Below, one piece after another: positions 18,362-27,042 of a stretch of DNA of 64,000 nt. This stretch comes from Betaproteobacteria bacterium (lineage in GTDB: Bacteria; Pseudomonadota; Gammaproteobacteria; Burkholderiales; WYBJ01): contig WHTS01000012.1 of assembly GCA_009377585.1 (NCBI GenBank), positions 4,867-68,866 of the forward strand, written 5' to 3'. A program made the position numbers and the translations under genes. The stretch's first letter is position 1. Every line of letters begins with the position of its first letter. Below the pieces are notes generated by a model, which was not told where the DNA came from, ran no database searches, and worked only from the letters and a program-made list of their open reading frames with translations.

Positions 18362-18874
18362 ATGCCCGACACGGTAGCACCGCGCTATTCTCCGCTTGTT
18401 CCGCAGGACATGCTGGACGAGATTTTCTGGAAGGATGGACGTGAGCCGAAGGACGAGCGGCTGTGGGTGCCAAACGGCCCCGGCCGCTGGTCCAGGCCGC
18501 TGTGCCTGAACGTGAGCCAAGGGTATTGGGTGCACCTGGTGAAGATCACACAGGCGGGCGTCGTGTCGCGCCATCGCCATCCTGCGCCCGTCCACGGCTT
18601 CGTTCTCGAAGGTCGCTGGCGCTATCTCGAGCGCGATTGGATTGCAACGGCTGGAAGCTATTTGTTCGAACCGCCGGGTGATGTGCACACGCTGGTCGTC
18701 GACGAAGGCGACTCGATGATTACCCTTTTCCACAACACCGGTGCGCTGCTGTACTGCGACGAGGAGGGCCGAACCGTCGGCTCAACCGACGTGTTCGACA
18801 GGGTCGCCGCAGCGCGCAAGCACTTCGAATCGGTCGGCCTCGGCGCCGACTACGTGAAGCGCTTTATCCGCTAG
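18362..18874 (+). CDS. 2,4'-dihydroxyacetophenone dioxygenase-family cupin protein
   Basis: ATG 18362 after AGGAGA. 170 aa with WVHLVKI...SRHRHPAPVHGFVLEGRWRYLE...FEPPGDVHTL, characteristic of the DAD cupin family. The long upstream part of track ORF 16598..18874 is a shadow of the minus-strand gene. Confidence 0.8.
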   Translation: MPDTVAPRYSPLVPQDMLDEIFWKDGREPKDERLWVPNGPGRWSRPLCLNVSQGYWVHLVKITQAGVVSRHRHPAPVHGFVLEGRWRYLERDWIATAGSYLFEPPGDVHTLVVDEGDSMITLFHNTGALLYCDEEGRTVGSTDVFDRVAAARKHFESVGLGADYVKRFIR

Positions 18875-18882
18875 AAGGAAGC

Positions 18883-18909
18883 GAGCCCCGCGACTCGCGC
18901 CGCGGGGCT
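18883..18909. terminator. GC-rich hairpin between convergent genes (candidate bidirectional terminator)
   Basis: AGCCCCGCG-actcgcgc-CGCGGGGCT, 9-bp stem, located between the stops at 18874 (+) and 18915 (-). Confidence 0.5.
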
Positions 18910-18914
18910 GCCGC

Positions 18915-19454
18915 TCAGTTCTGCTCCTGCCCTTCGCGCAGCAGGTCGATCACCTGCGGTGCGATCTCCCGAGCGCGTTGATCGAGCTGCTCCGGAGTCA
19001 GGTTGGCAATCGGGTGCGGCATCATGACGAAACGGAAATCCGGCAAGCCCCAGGTGCGGGCCATCGCCTTTCCGGTCTTTTCAAAAACGTCCGTGATGAT
19101 GGACGCGGACGGTACGCCTTGCTGTTCGAATACGATACTGTCGAGCACACTGCCCGAGCTGCAGGACCCTCAATCGCCGACGCCGGCTATGACGATGTCG
19201 CAGCCGGCCTTGTACTCCTCGACGATTTCGGTGTGGGGCGCAGAGCCCGAGCTCTTCTTGCGCCGGATGAGATGGGTCTTGGCGCCATGCTCCTTTTCCA
19301 GGATGTCGGCGATGCGCAGCAGCAACTGATCGGAGTTGTGCTTGGTGTTGTCGATCAACCCGATGCGCAATCCGGCCAGGGATTCCGGCCGGGCCGCGTA
19401 GTTGATGCGCCGGTTGCTCACTTCGGTGGTGGGATCCAGAATCTGCACTGCCAT
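18915..19454 (-). CDS. UGSC-family selenoprotein; in-frame TGA at 19170..19172 read as selenocysteine
   Basis: ATG 19454 (MAVQILDPTT...). Track ORFs 19170..19874 and 18915..19148 share one frame and are separated only by one TGA. Read-through gives ...CDIVIAGVGD-U-GSCSSGSVLDSIVFEQQGVP..., the U-G-S-C signature. The 3' half has no RBS or ATG of its own. Confidence 0.8.
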
Positions 19455-19491
19455 ATCGGCTCCTTTCGTGTGAGTTGCCGGCCCCAAGGCT

Positions 19492-20526
19492 TTAGGGCCG
19501 GCGGATCTCCTTGCTGACGCTTTGTGAACCGTTCTTGCCGCCCCAACCCGGGATGTAGCACGACTGCACGCCGGCGCGGCCTCCGGCGGAAATGACCAGA
19601 AAGTCGGACGGCTCCTGCACCAGCGGCACCAGAGTGCGTTCGTCTTCGGCGGTGACGTCATCCGGCTTGACGTGTGCGCGCTTCTGCTCCGCCACCGAGG
19701 TCTGCGAATGCTCGAACGCGTATTGCTGCACTTGTTCGCGCGTCCAGCCGGACTTCTTGATGGTTGCGGAATGCTCGCCGGCGAACACCATTGCGTATTG
19801 CGGCTGGCGCGCCGTACCCGCCGACATGCGCATGTGCGCGCACATGGTTTCGAGTACGCCTTCGGCCGTGGCACTCAGCTGGTTGGAAATCTGGTGCGGT
19901 GCGAGCGCGGCGAAGACGGTGACTGCGTTCTGGTCGGCGCGAAATCCGCGCGTGGTATGAAAGGGCGGCCAGGGACTCTCCGCTTCGTTTTCGGCGATGC
20001 AATAGCTGTATTTGCCGCCGTGCCCCAGGCTGCTGCGGTCGAGCTCGCCCGGAAGCGTGCCGATGACGTTGCGCATGACCAGCCGCACCGCGCGGCCTAT
20101 GGTCGCGTTGGCGCGCCAGCCCGGTCCGAACAGGTTGTCGCCGCAATTGATGTCGAGCTCGCGCGCGATCGGGCCGTTCACGACCATGAATACGGCCGAG
20201 CCGCCGGTGCTGGTGGCGGGCCCGTGATAGCCGTAGAGCGGATCGGCGAGCGCTTCGATGGCGGCGGCAACCACCGGCATGTAATCCGCCTTGCACCCGG
20301 CCATGACCGCATTGATCGCAACCTTCTCGGCGGTCACCGACACCTGCCGGTTCTCGATGAATGCGAGCTGGTGATCGGGCGCCATGCCCGCGGCGTTGAG
20401 CATGGCTTCGACGCGATCGGGCGTGGGCGGTATCACGGGCAACCCGTCGGTCCAGCCGTTGGTGTAGCAAAGCTCGATCGCACCGGACAAATCGGGCGCC
20501 ATGTGGCGTCGCGATCTCAGTTCCAT
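19492..20526 (-). CDS. Conserved hypothetical protein, 344 aa, upstream partner of the UGSC selenoprotein
   Basis: ATG 20526 after AAAGGGG. Strong coding character (CYTNGWTDGLPVIPPT..., INAVMAGC, GPATSTGGSAVFMVVNGP, FGPGWRANATIGRAVRL). 37-nt gap to the UGSC gene. I could not assign a family. Confidence 0.75.
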   Translation of the reverse strand: MELRSRRHMAPDLSGAIELCYTNGWTDGLPVIPPTPDRVEAMLNAAGMAPDHQLAFIENRQVSVTAEKVAINAVMAGCKADYMPVVAAAIEALADPLYGYHGPATSTGGSAVFMVVNGPIARELDINCGDNLFGPGWRANATIGRAVRLVMRNVIGTLPGELDRSSLGHGGKYSYCIAENEAESPWPPFHTTRGFRADQNAVTVFAALAPHQISNQLSATAEGVLETMCAHMRMSAGTARQPQYAMVFAGEHSATIKKSGWTREQVQQYAFEHSQTSVAEQKRAHVKPDDVTAEDERTLVPLVQEPSDFLVISAGGRAGVQSCYIPGWGGKNGSQSVSKEIRRP

Positions 20527-20683
20527 TTCAGCCCCTTTGTCGTTCGTTCGATTCGCAACCCGCTCACCGGCATTGCCGTCACTCCGGCTCCGGCGGAAGC
20601 GACCTCCCGCGCAAGCGGAAATTCGATTCGCAGAAAGTATGCACCGTTCCAGCGACGGGGAAAAGGCTCATGCCGCGACCGGC

Positions 20684-21505
20684 TCATGCTGCCGGTCTGC
20701 CGGCATGGCGCTCGATGAAGGCCAGCGTCTCGCGGGCGCACAGGTCGGAATCGCTCGCCGCGACGTGATACGAGCTGCCTGGGAGAACGAGAAGCTCCGA
20801 GCCGGCGATCTGCCGCTGCCAGGCGCGGGTCTCCTCCACCGACGCGACGCCGCTGCCCTCGGAGGTGATCACCAGGGTCGGGCAGCGGATATTCGGCAGA
20901 TCGGCGCGGATGTCGGCCGTCTCGATATGCGACATGAAGCCGATCTGGCTTTCCAGGTCTGTGCGGCCCATGAGCTCGGCCCACCAGGCGATGCCCGCGG
21001 CGGGAAAGCGTTCGCCCAGCCGGCTGCCCATGCTGTGACGCGCCCACTGCGCCACGCCGAGCCAGCGTAGCTCGGCGATCAGCGCAGGCAACCGTTCGGC
21101 TCGCCCGGGCCACAACGGCGGGGGGGAGCCGACCACCGTGAGCGTGTGGACCCGCTCGGGATGGCGGGCGGCCAGCGCCCGCGCTACGGTGCCCGCCAGC
21201 TTTGCGCCGACCACGTGCACGCGCGCGCAACCGAGGGCATCCGTGAGGGCGACGAAGTCGGCGACCAGGCGCTCGACGCTCCACGCGAATCCGGCCGGCA
21301 TGGGCGTCGACGCGCCGAAGCCGCGCATATCCGGCCTGATGATGCGCAGATGCCGTGCAAGGTGCGGAACCCAGCCGAACCAGACCGCGCCGCTTTCACC
21401 GAGACCGTGCAGCAGCAGGATCGATTCCGGCGCGCGCCACGGATCGGTGTAGTCGTCGAGCGTGTAGTGCAGCAGGCAGCCGTCGTCGAGACGCAGTTCG
21501 GGCAT
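20684..21505 (-). CDS. Alpha/beta-fold hydrolase-family protein with a non-canonical nucleophile elbow
   Basis: LLLHGLGESGAVW...IIRPDMRGFGAS...VHVVGAKLAGTVARALAARHPERV. The fold is clear, but the GxSxG position reads G-A-K-L-A-G. Confidence 0.8.
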   Translation of the reverse strand: MPELRLDDGCLLHYTLDDYTDPWRAPESILLLHGLGESGAVWFGWVPHLARHLRIIRPDMRGFGASTPMPAGFAWSVERLVADFVALTDALGCARVHVVGAKLAGTVARALAARHPERVHTLTVVGSPPPLWPGRAERLPALIAELRWLGVAQWARHSMGSRLGERFPAAGIAWWAELMGRTDLESQIGFMSHIETADIRADLPNIRCPTLVITSEGSGVASVEETRAWQRQIAGSELLVLPGSSYHVAASDSDLCARETLAFIERHAGRPAA

Positions 21506-21569
21506 GGCGCGCTCCTCGCTGCGATTCTATTGGAACTTTCGCAGAGTGAACGATGCCCCTCACCCCCAA

Positions 21570-21592
21570 CCCCTCTCCCGGCGGGAGAGGGG
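21570..21592. repeat. REP-like GC hairpin CCCCTCTCCC-ggc-GGGAGAGGGG
   Basis: Perfect 10-bp stem in the divergent intergenic region between the hydrolase and capA-like genes. Same CCCCTC.../...GAGGGG flavour as the elements at 23.3 and 59.2 kb. Confidence 0.6.
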
Positions 21593-21680
21593 AGCATTGC
21601 GCGCCAGGCAATCGGGCTGGCGCCGCCCCGCGTCTTGCTGCATGATGCGGCAGATCGAAACGCGTGCGGCAGGAGGAAAC

Positions 21681-22721
21681 GTGAAGCACACACTGGCCCT
21701 GATGGGCGACATCAACCTGATGAAGATTAGCGACGCCACGGTGCCGTTTCGCCAGGTGCGCGAGCTGGTGGCGGATGCGGACTGCCGGTTCGCCAACCTC
21801 GAGTGCTGCCTGTACGATCAGGCGACGCAGCACGAGTTGCGCGACGAAGGTTTCTTCGCGCTGCCGCGCATCGGCGAGGCGCTGAAGCTGCTCGGCATGG
21901 ATGCGATCGGCAATGCCAACAACGTCAACTACGGCGCCGATCCGATCCGGTCGTCGTGCGTCGCCCTGAAAGCGCTCGGCATTCCGAACACCGGCGCCGG
22001 AGAAAACCGTGAGGCTGCGTATGCGCCCGTGGTGGTCGAGCGCAAAGGCGTGCGCTACGGATTCCTGCAACGCAGCTCGGTCTACTGGCCGACCAATCAC
22101 GAGGCGGGTGAGAGCTCCCCGGGCATCGCGGTGTTGCAAGGCCATACCGCGTATCAGCCGATGCTGTACAAGATCCGTCCCGAACTGCCGCCGGCAAACC
22201 GTCCCGGCGTCCCGCCGGCGGTCGTCACCTGGGCCGATCCGAAATCGCTCGCGCGCTACAAGGAAGACGTCACGGCCTTGCGCGCGCGTTGCGACATCCT
22301 GACCGTATCGCACCACTGGGGCCTGTTCGAGGAGGTGCTCGACTACCAGGTCGAGATTGCGCATGCGGCGATCGACACGGGCGCCGATGTCGTCATCGGC
22401 CACGGACCGCACTACTCGCTGCCGATGGAGATGTACAAGGGAAAGCCCGTGTTCTATGGGCTGGGCAACTTCTCCTTCCATACCGGTCACGGCGGGCGCC
22501 TGCATGGCAACTGGGTCGGCGAGGCCGTGCGGGTCAGCTACGAGGACAAGGTGCTCAAGCGGGTGGCGCTGCGGCTCGTGAGGCACAACGAGGCGAACGA
22601 AACGCTCTTCACGCATCCGAAGGACGAGGCGCCGGCGATCGCGCGGCTGCAGTCGCTGTGCGACCGCTTCGGCACCAAGCTCACGCCCGAGGGCGACGAG
22701 CTGGTGGTGTGGAAGGCCTGA
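21681..22721 (+). CDS. CapA-family (poly-gamma-glutamate synthesis/metallophosphatase-like) protein
   Basis: GTG 21681 after AGGAGGA. Motifs LALMGDINL, NLECCL, GNANNVNYG, ILTVSHHWG, VVIGHGPH, YGLGNF are typical of CapA/PGA_cap. Confidence 0.82.
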   Translation: MKHTLALMGDINLMKISDATVPFRQVRELVADADCRFANLECCLYDQATQHELRDEGFFALPRIGEALKLLGMDAIGNANNVNYGADPIRSSCVALKALGIPNTGAGENREAAYAPVVVERKGVRYGFLQRSSVYWPTNHEAGESSPGIAVLQGHTAYQPMLYKIRPELPPANRPGVPPAVVTWADPKSLARYKEDVTALRARCDILTVSHHWGLFEEVLDYQVEIAHAAIDTGADVVIGHGPHYSLPMEMYKGKPVFYGLGNFSFHTGHGGRLHGNWVGEAVRVSYEDKVLKRVALRLVRHNEANETLFTHPKDEAPAIARLQSLCDRFGTKLTPEGDELVVWKA

Positions 22722-22831
22722 GGGTCGTTGAGAGGTCGAGTCATACAGCTTCACCGGTGCGATCAGGTCGTAGTCGTACCTAGTCGTACCGTATCTTTTG
22801 CGAGCAAGTACGTTGACGCGAAGAGGAGCCC

Positions 22832-23212
22832 ATGAGCCAAAGCCCGATTCGAAGCTACACGGTGCAAGCGCGCTCGACCGACACGTTCGGGCGCGTGCTG
22901 TGCGCCGCGCGCAATCATCATTTCGTCGTCGACGGGCCGGTGCAGAATGGTTGCCCTGGCGAGGCGGTGAATCCGGGAGAGCTTTTTCTCGCCGGCGTCG
23001 CTGCCTGCGGCGTGGAGCTGGTGCAGGTGATCGCCAAGGAGCAGCAGCTCGCACCGAGCTCGATCGCGGTCGACATCGAAGGCACGATGGATCGAAGCCG
23101 GCCGGTGCGGCAGGACGTCACCGTCTTCAACGCCGTCACGCTACGCTTTCAGCTCTCCGGCGTGACGCAGCCGCAGGCGGTCGATCTCATCGAACGCTTC
23201 AAATCGAGGTGA
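22832..23212 (+). CDS. OsmC-family protein
   Basis: 126 aa. NPGELFLAGVAACGVEL... is the OsmC/Ohr-like pattern. GAGGAG RBS. Confidence 0.8.
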   Translation: MSQSPIRSYTVQARSTDTFGRVLCAARNHHFVVDGPVQNGCPGEAVNPGELFLAGVAACGVELVQVIAKEQQLAPSSIAVDIEGTMDRSRPVRQDVTVFNAVTLRFQLSGVTQPQAVDLIERFKSR

Positions 23213-23290
23213 CCGCTCTACGGCAGCGTCGCAGTTGCGACGCCGGATGTGAAAGTCGACGTGAGCGTCGCGGATTGATTTTCCGCGGAC

Positions 23291-23470
23291 CACCCCGTCC
23301 GCGCGGCTCGCGCGTCCCGCCCCTCCTTCACAGGAGGGGAAGTGACCAAGCATTCCCCTCCTCTCTCAAGAAACCCAACCAGGTTTCTTAACTGCGCCTG
23401 CCCGCCTGCGGGCTAATACTGCTCATGAGGAGGGGTGGCGCGAAGCGCCGGGGTGGTGTGGTTTATTCCG
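23291..23470. repeat. Mosaic REP/BIME-like cluster (CCCCTCCTT-N3-AGGAGGGG hairpin plus GAGGAGGGGTG...GGGGTGGTGTGGTTT module)
   Basis: 23291..23358 aligns closely with 59133..59200 (CACCCCGTCCGCG...CGCGTCC..CCCCTCCTTnnnAGGAGGGGA...). The module at 23428..23460 recurs at about 59226..59296. Also contains the hairpin AAGAAACC-caacca-GGTTTCTT at 23369..23390. Confidence 0.7.
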
Positions 23471-23509
23471 GGGCGGTACGGCTTTACTCGCAGGTTATGT
23501 GAGGCTCCC

Positions 23510-23881
23510 TCAACCGCGCAGCGCCGCCTCTTCCCAGTGCTGTCCGTCGAAGTGCCGGATCTCGATGCCGGGCAGCAGGCGATGGAAGTCGTCCAGCGTG
23601 CGGAGGTTGACCGCATATTGATCCGGCGCACGGCGCGGATTGCTGAAGACGTGCATGCCGCACTGCTTGCAGTACCAATGCTTGGCGGTATGCGTGCCGA
23701 ACTGATAGAGCCCGAGCGTGTCATCGCCCCGCACGATGCTCAGGCGTTCGGGCGCGACGCGATGGTTGATCACGCCCTTTTTGGTGCAGATCGAGCAGTT
23801 GCACTCGGTCGCGGTCTTCAGTTCCGATTCGATCGCGTAGCGCACGGCCCCGCAATGACAGCCGCCTTCGTAGCGTTCCAT
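23510..23881 (-). CDS. GFA-family (glutathione-dependent formaldehyde-activating/CENP-V-like) zinc protein
   Basis: ATG 23881. GGCHCGAVRY...CNCSIC...WYCKQCG cysteine pattern of the GFA family. Only the last 123 codons of track ORF 23510..24910 are credible. Confidence 0.85.
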   Translation of the reverse strand: MERYEGGCHCGAVRYAIESELKTATECNCSICTKKGVINHRVAPERLSIVRGDDTLGLYQFGTHTAKHWYCKQCGMHVFSNPRRAPDQYAVNLRTLDDFHRLLPGIEIRHFDGQHWEEAALRG

Positions 23882-23904
23882 TATCGCCTCTCCGTGATCA
23901 CCGC

Positions 23905-25434
23905 TCAGGAATCGAGCAGAAACTCCAGCAGCTTGAGCCGCTGCACCTTGCCCGACGGACCCTTGGGCAATTCCTGCAGCAGGAGTATCGTCTTCGGCGT
24001 CTTGTAGCGGCCGAGCTCGCGCTCGCAGAACGCTTTCAGTTCCGTTGCGTCGCACGCTAGCCCGGATTTCAACACCACGGCCGCGGCGATCTCCTGACCG
24101 TACTGCGCGTCGGGAATGCCGACCGCGGCGGCTTCGAGCACGGCGGGGTGCGCGAGCAGCACCTCGTCGATCTCGCGCGGCGCGATGTTCTCGCCGCCCT
24201 TGATGATGAGCTCCTTGATGCGGCCGGTGACGAACACGAAGCCGTCGGCGTCCATGAAAGCCAGGTCGCCGCTGTGCATCCAGCCATCCGCGTGCAAGGT
24301 GCGCGCGGTGTTCTCCGGGTCCTTGTAATAACCCTTCATGACATTGTCGCCGCGCACCATGATTTCGCCCGCCTGTCCGGGTGGCAGCGGACCGCCGCTG
24401 GCCGGATCGACGATCTTCGCCTCGTTGCCGAAGGCGCGCCCCGGGCTTCCGATCTTGCGTTGCTCTGGCTGGTACGGATTGGTGAAACACGGCGCCGCGG
24501 TCTCGGTCATGCCGAAGGTCTCGATAATGCCGATGCCGAAGCGGCGCTCGAACGCGCGATGCTGCTCCGGGGGCAGCGGCGCCGAGGCCGAGCGGCAGAA
24601 TCGCACCTGGTCGATCGACAGTCCGCGCGCGCGCGGGTCGGCGCCGTTCAACAGGTAGGCGATGATGGTCGGGACGACGTTGATCCAGCTGCAGCGGTAG
24701 TCGGAGACCAGTCGCCAGTAGCTCGAAGCGCTGAAGCGGTGCGGCATGACGATCGAACCGCCGTGCACGAGGGGTGCTACCGCGGTCACGATCTGGCCGT
24801 TGATGTGGTAGAGCGGGAGCGCGCACAGCACGCGATCGGACTCGGTCAGGCGGTGCGCGCTGGAAGTGAACTCGCCGCCCGCGACGCAGTTCCGCTGGCT
24901 CAGCAGGCAACCTTTGGGCATTCCGGTCGTGCCCGAGGTGTACATCAGCAGCGCAGCATCGTCCTCGTCGATGTCGGGCAGCGCGCTCTCGGCTGGAAGT
25001 GCCGCGTCGAACAACTGCTCGGCATCGACGTCGGTGGGCACGACATGAATCGGCCGATCGATCGCGGCCAAGGCCTCGTCCAGGCGGCTACGGTACTCGT
25101 CGGCCACGAACACCGCGCATGTGTCCGCATGGGCCAACACGTATTCGAGCTGCGAGCGTTGCGACAGCAGGTTGATCGGCTGTACGACGAATCCGCCGTA
25201 CATGGCCCCGATCAGCAGTCGCGCCGCCTGGTAGCCGTTGTGCAGCATGAACGACACTTTGTCGCCCTTGCTCAAGCCCAGGCCGAGGAGATGGTGCGTG
25301 AGCGAGCGCGACTTGCGCTGCAGTCCGGCATACGTCAACGCAAGCCCGGTCTCGGGCGCAAGCAGATAGGGTCGATCGCCTTGGATCTCGGCGCGCCAGT
25401 CGACGTAGTGGCGGATCGTTCGTACGGCGCTCAT
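23905..25434 (-). CDS. AMP-dependent acyl-CoA synthetase/ligase
   Basis: ATG 25434. AMP-binding motifs LMYTSGTTGMPKG, FGMTE, GWMHSGDL, IKGGENI, PKGPSGKV. Confidence 0.9.
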   Translation of the reverse strand: MSAVRTIRHYVDWRAEIQGDRPYLLAPETGLALTYAGLQRKSRSLTHHLLGLGLSKGDKVSFMLHNGYQAARLLIGAMYGGFVVQPINLLSQRSQLEYVLAHADTCAVFVADEYRSRLDEALAAIDRPIHVVPTDVDAEQLFDAALPAESALPDIDEDDAALLMYTSGTTGMPKGCLLSQRNCVAGGEFTSSAHRLTESDRVLCALPLYHINGQIVTAVAPLVHGGSIVMPHRFSASSYWRLVSDYRCSWINVVPTIIAYLLNGADPRARGLSIDQVRFCRSASAPLPPEQHRAFERRFGIGIIETFGMTETAAPCFTNPYQPEQRKIGSPGRAFGNEAKIVDPASGGPLPPGQAGEIMVRGDNVMKGYYKDPENTARTLHADGWMHSGDLAFMDADGFVFVTGRIKELIIKGGENIAPREIDEVLLAHPAVLEAAAVGIPDAQYGQEIAAAVVLKSGLACDATELKAFCERELGRYKTPKTILLLQELPKGPSGKVQRLKLLEFLLDS

Positions 25435-25454
25435 GCGGCGCTCGCGGCTGCGAA

Positions 25455-26873
25455 TCAGAGGCCGTACTTGGCGCGGTAGCCGGCGAACACGTCCTCCGCG
25501 CTCGGCTCGTTCGGCGCGATCGGACGCACGATGCGCGTCGTATTCAGGAAATGCCGGTAGTTGAGATTCTCGGAGAAGCCGTTGCCGCCCCAGGTGCCGC
25601 AACCCATCGAGAGCGAGAACGGCAGCCCGTTGTCGAAGCTGCCGCCGTTGGCGATCGCATGCGCCTGATTGACGATGACGCGGCACACGGTCATCTCCAG
25701 GCCGAGCTTCATGACGTGCGCATCGTCGCTGGTGTGGATGCCCACCGAGTGGCCGTTGCCCTGGTAGTCGTAGATCGACTGCGCGAGCGCGAACGCATGC
25801 TCGAAGTCGCGCGCCCGATACACGGTGAGAACGGGGCAAAGTTTTTCGCCCGAGAACGGGTGCTCGCGTCCGGTGCCGCTCTCCTCGACCATGAGGAAGC
25901 TCGCGCGCGTCAGCTCGGACCGCGTGAGCCCGGCAAGCTCGCAAATCCTCGCTACCGATTGCGCCGTCGTTGCCGAGCCGAGCTTTCCATGCGGGAACAT
26001 CACCGCCTGCAGTCTTGCCTTTTCCTCGGCATTCAGAAGCGCGCCGCCCTGGCGTTCGAATTCATTCAGCATCACAGCATAAATCGGTGCGAGCAGCACG
26101 GCGGAATTCTCCGACGAGCAACTGGTTGCGTGATCGAAGACCTTCGAACGCGCGATCTTGGCCGCGGCCGCCGCGAGATCGGCGCTCTCGTCCACGATCA
26201 CCACCACGTTGCCCGCGCCCACGCCGAGCGCCGGCGTCCCGCTCGAATAGGCTGCGCGCACGTTGGCCTGTGAGCCGGTGACCACGACCAGGTCGGCCTG
26301 CTTCATCAGTTCTTCGCTCATCGCCTTCGAAACCGGCTGCGGCAGCATCTGCACCAGATCCTGCGGCGCACCCGTACGGCCGAGCTCGGCATGAACGAAT
26401 TCGAGCAGCTTGGCACTGGTGGAATGGCCCTTGGGTGACGGCGCCAGGATGACCGCGTTGGCGCCTTTCAATGCGTTGATGATGTTGTTGGCCGGGGTGG
26501 CACCCGGATTGGTCGAAGGCACGACCGCGGCGACGACGCCGACCGGGCGTGCGATCTCGACGATGCCCTTCTCGGGATATATGGCCACCACGCCGACCGA
26601 TTTTGCACCGCGCAGATCGCGCAGCAAGCCGAGGGTCTTGCGATGATTCTTGTCGAGCTTGTCCTGGACGCGCCCCAGCCCAGTGTCGCGTACGGCGAGC
26701 TCGGCCAGTATGCGATTGCGCTCCGGTGCCATGATCGCCCAGCCGGCGGCGAGCACCAGCTCGTCGATCCGGGACTGATCGTAGCTTGCCGCGATGCGCT
26801 GCGCCGCGCGTGCGCGCGCCACCAGGCGGGCAACGATGTCCTTCGCCGGGATCTCGGGCACTGCGGTATTCAT
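25455..26873 (-). CDS. Acylating (CoA-dependent) aldehyde dehydrogenase-family protein (EutE/PduP/SauS-like)
   Basis: ATG 26873. VVPSTNPGATP, catalytic-Cys region FDHATSCSSENS, and an overall length of 472 aa. Confidence 0.8.
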   Translation of the reverse strand: MNTAVPEIPAKDIVARLVARARAAQRIAASYDQSRIDELVLAAGWAIMAPERNRILAELAVRDTGLGRVQDKLDKNHRKTLGLLRDLRGAKSVGVVAIYPEKGIVEIARPVGVVAAVVPSTNPGATPANNIINALKGANAVILAPSPKGHSTSAKLLEFVHAELGRTGAPQDLVQMLPQPVSKAMSEELMKQADLVVVTGSQANVRAAYSSGTPALGVGAGNVVVIVDESADLAAAAAKIARSKVFDHATSCSSENSAVLLAPIYAVMLNEFERQGGALLNAEEKARLQAVMFPHGKLGSATTAQSVARICELAGLTRSELTRASFLMVEESGTGREHPFSGEKLCPVLTVYRARDFEHAFALAQSIYDYQGNGHSVGIHTSDDAHVMKLGLEMTVCRVIVNQAHAIANGGSFDNGLPFSLSMGCGTWGGNGFSENLNYRHFLNTTRIVRPIAPNEPSAEDVFAGYRAKYGL

Positions 26874-27042
26874 GGCTCTGCTCCTCTGCACCGGCGCACG
26901 CACGACGCTCGACTGCAATGATAGCAAGACGCCTCATGCCGCTTCGGACTTGCTTTTTGCGATGCAGAAACGATATTGCTACACTCGCCCGGTTTGCTCG
27001 GCTGTCGAGCAGGCGCTGCATTCATGGAGGCTCTATCGAGAA

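Noticed and set aside
16598-18874. Very long ORFs antisense to, or extending from, real genes. Examples: 16598..18874(+) 758 aa, 29300..32500(-) 1066 aa, 33655..36387(-) 910 aa, 54298..56541(+) 747 aa, 7216..9108(+) 630 aa, 21396..23054(-) 552 aa.
   Set aside because: Their translations are Arg/Ala/Gly/Pro-rich low-complexity sequence typical of stop-poor alternative frames in high-GC DNA. Each overlaps a gene with clear family motifs on the other strand or frame.
19170-19172. TGA as a genuine stop (two genes) or a nonsense mutation (pseudogene)
   Set aside because: The codon sits exactly at the U of the UGSC family signature. The downstream half has no independent start or RBS and continues in frame. 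Selenocysteine recoding is the better explanation, pending a check for the Sec machinery.
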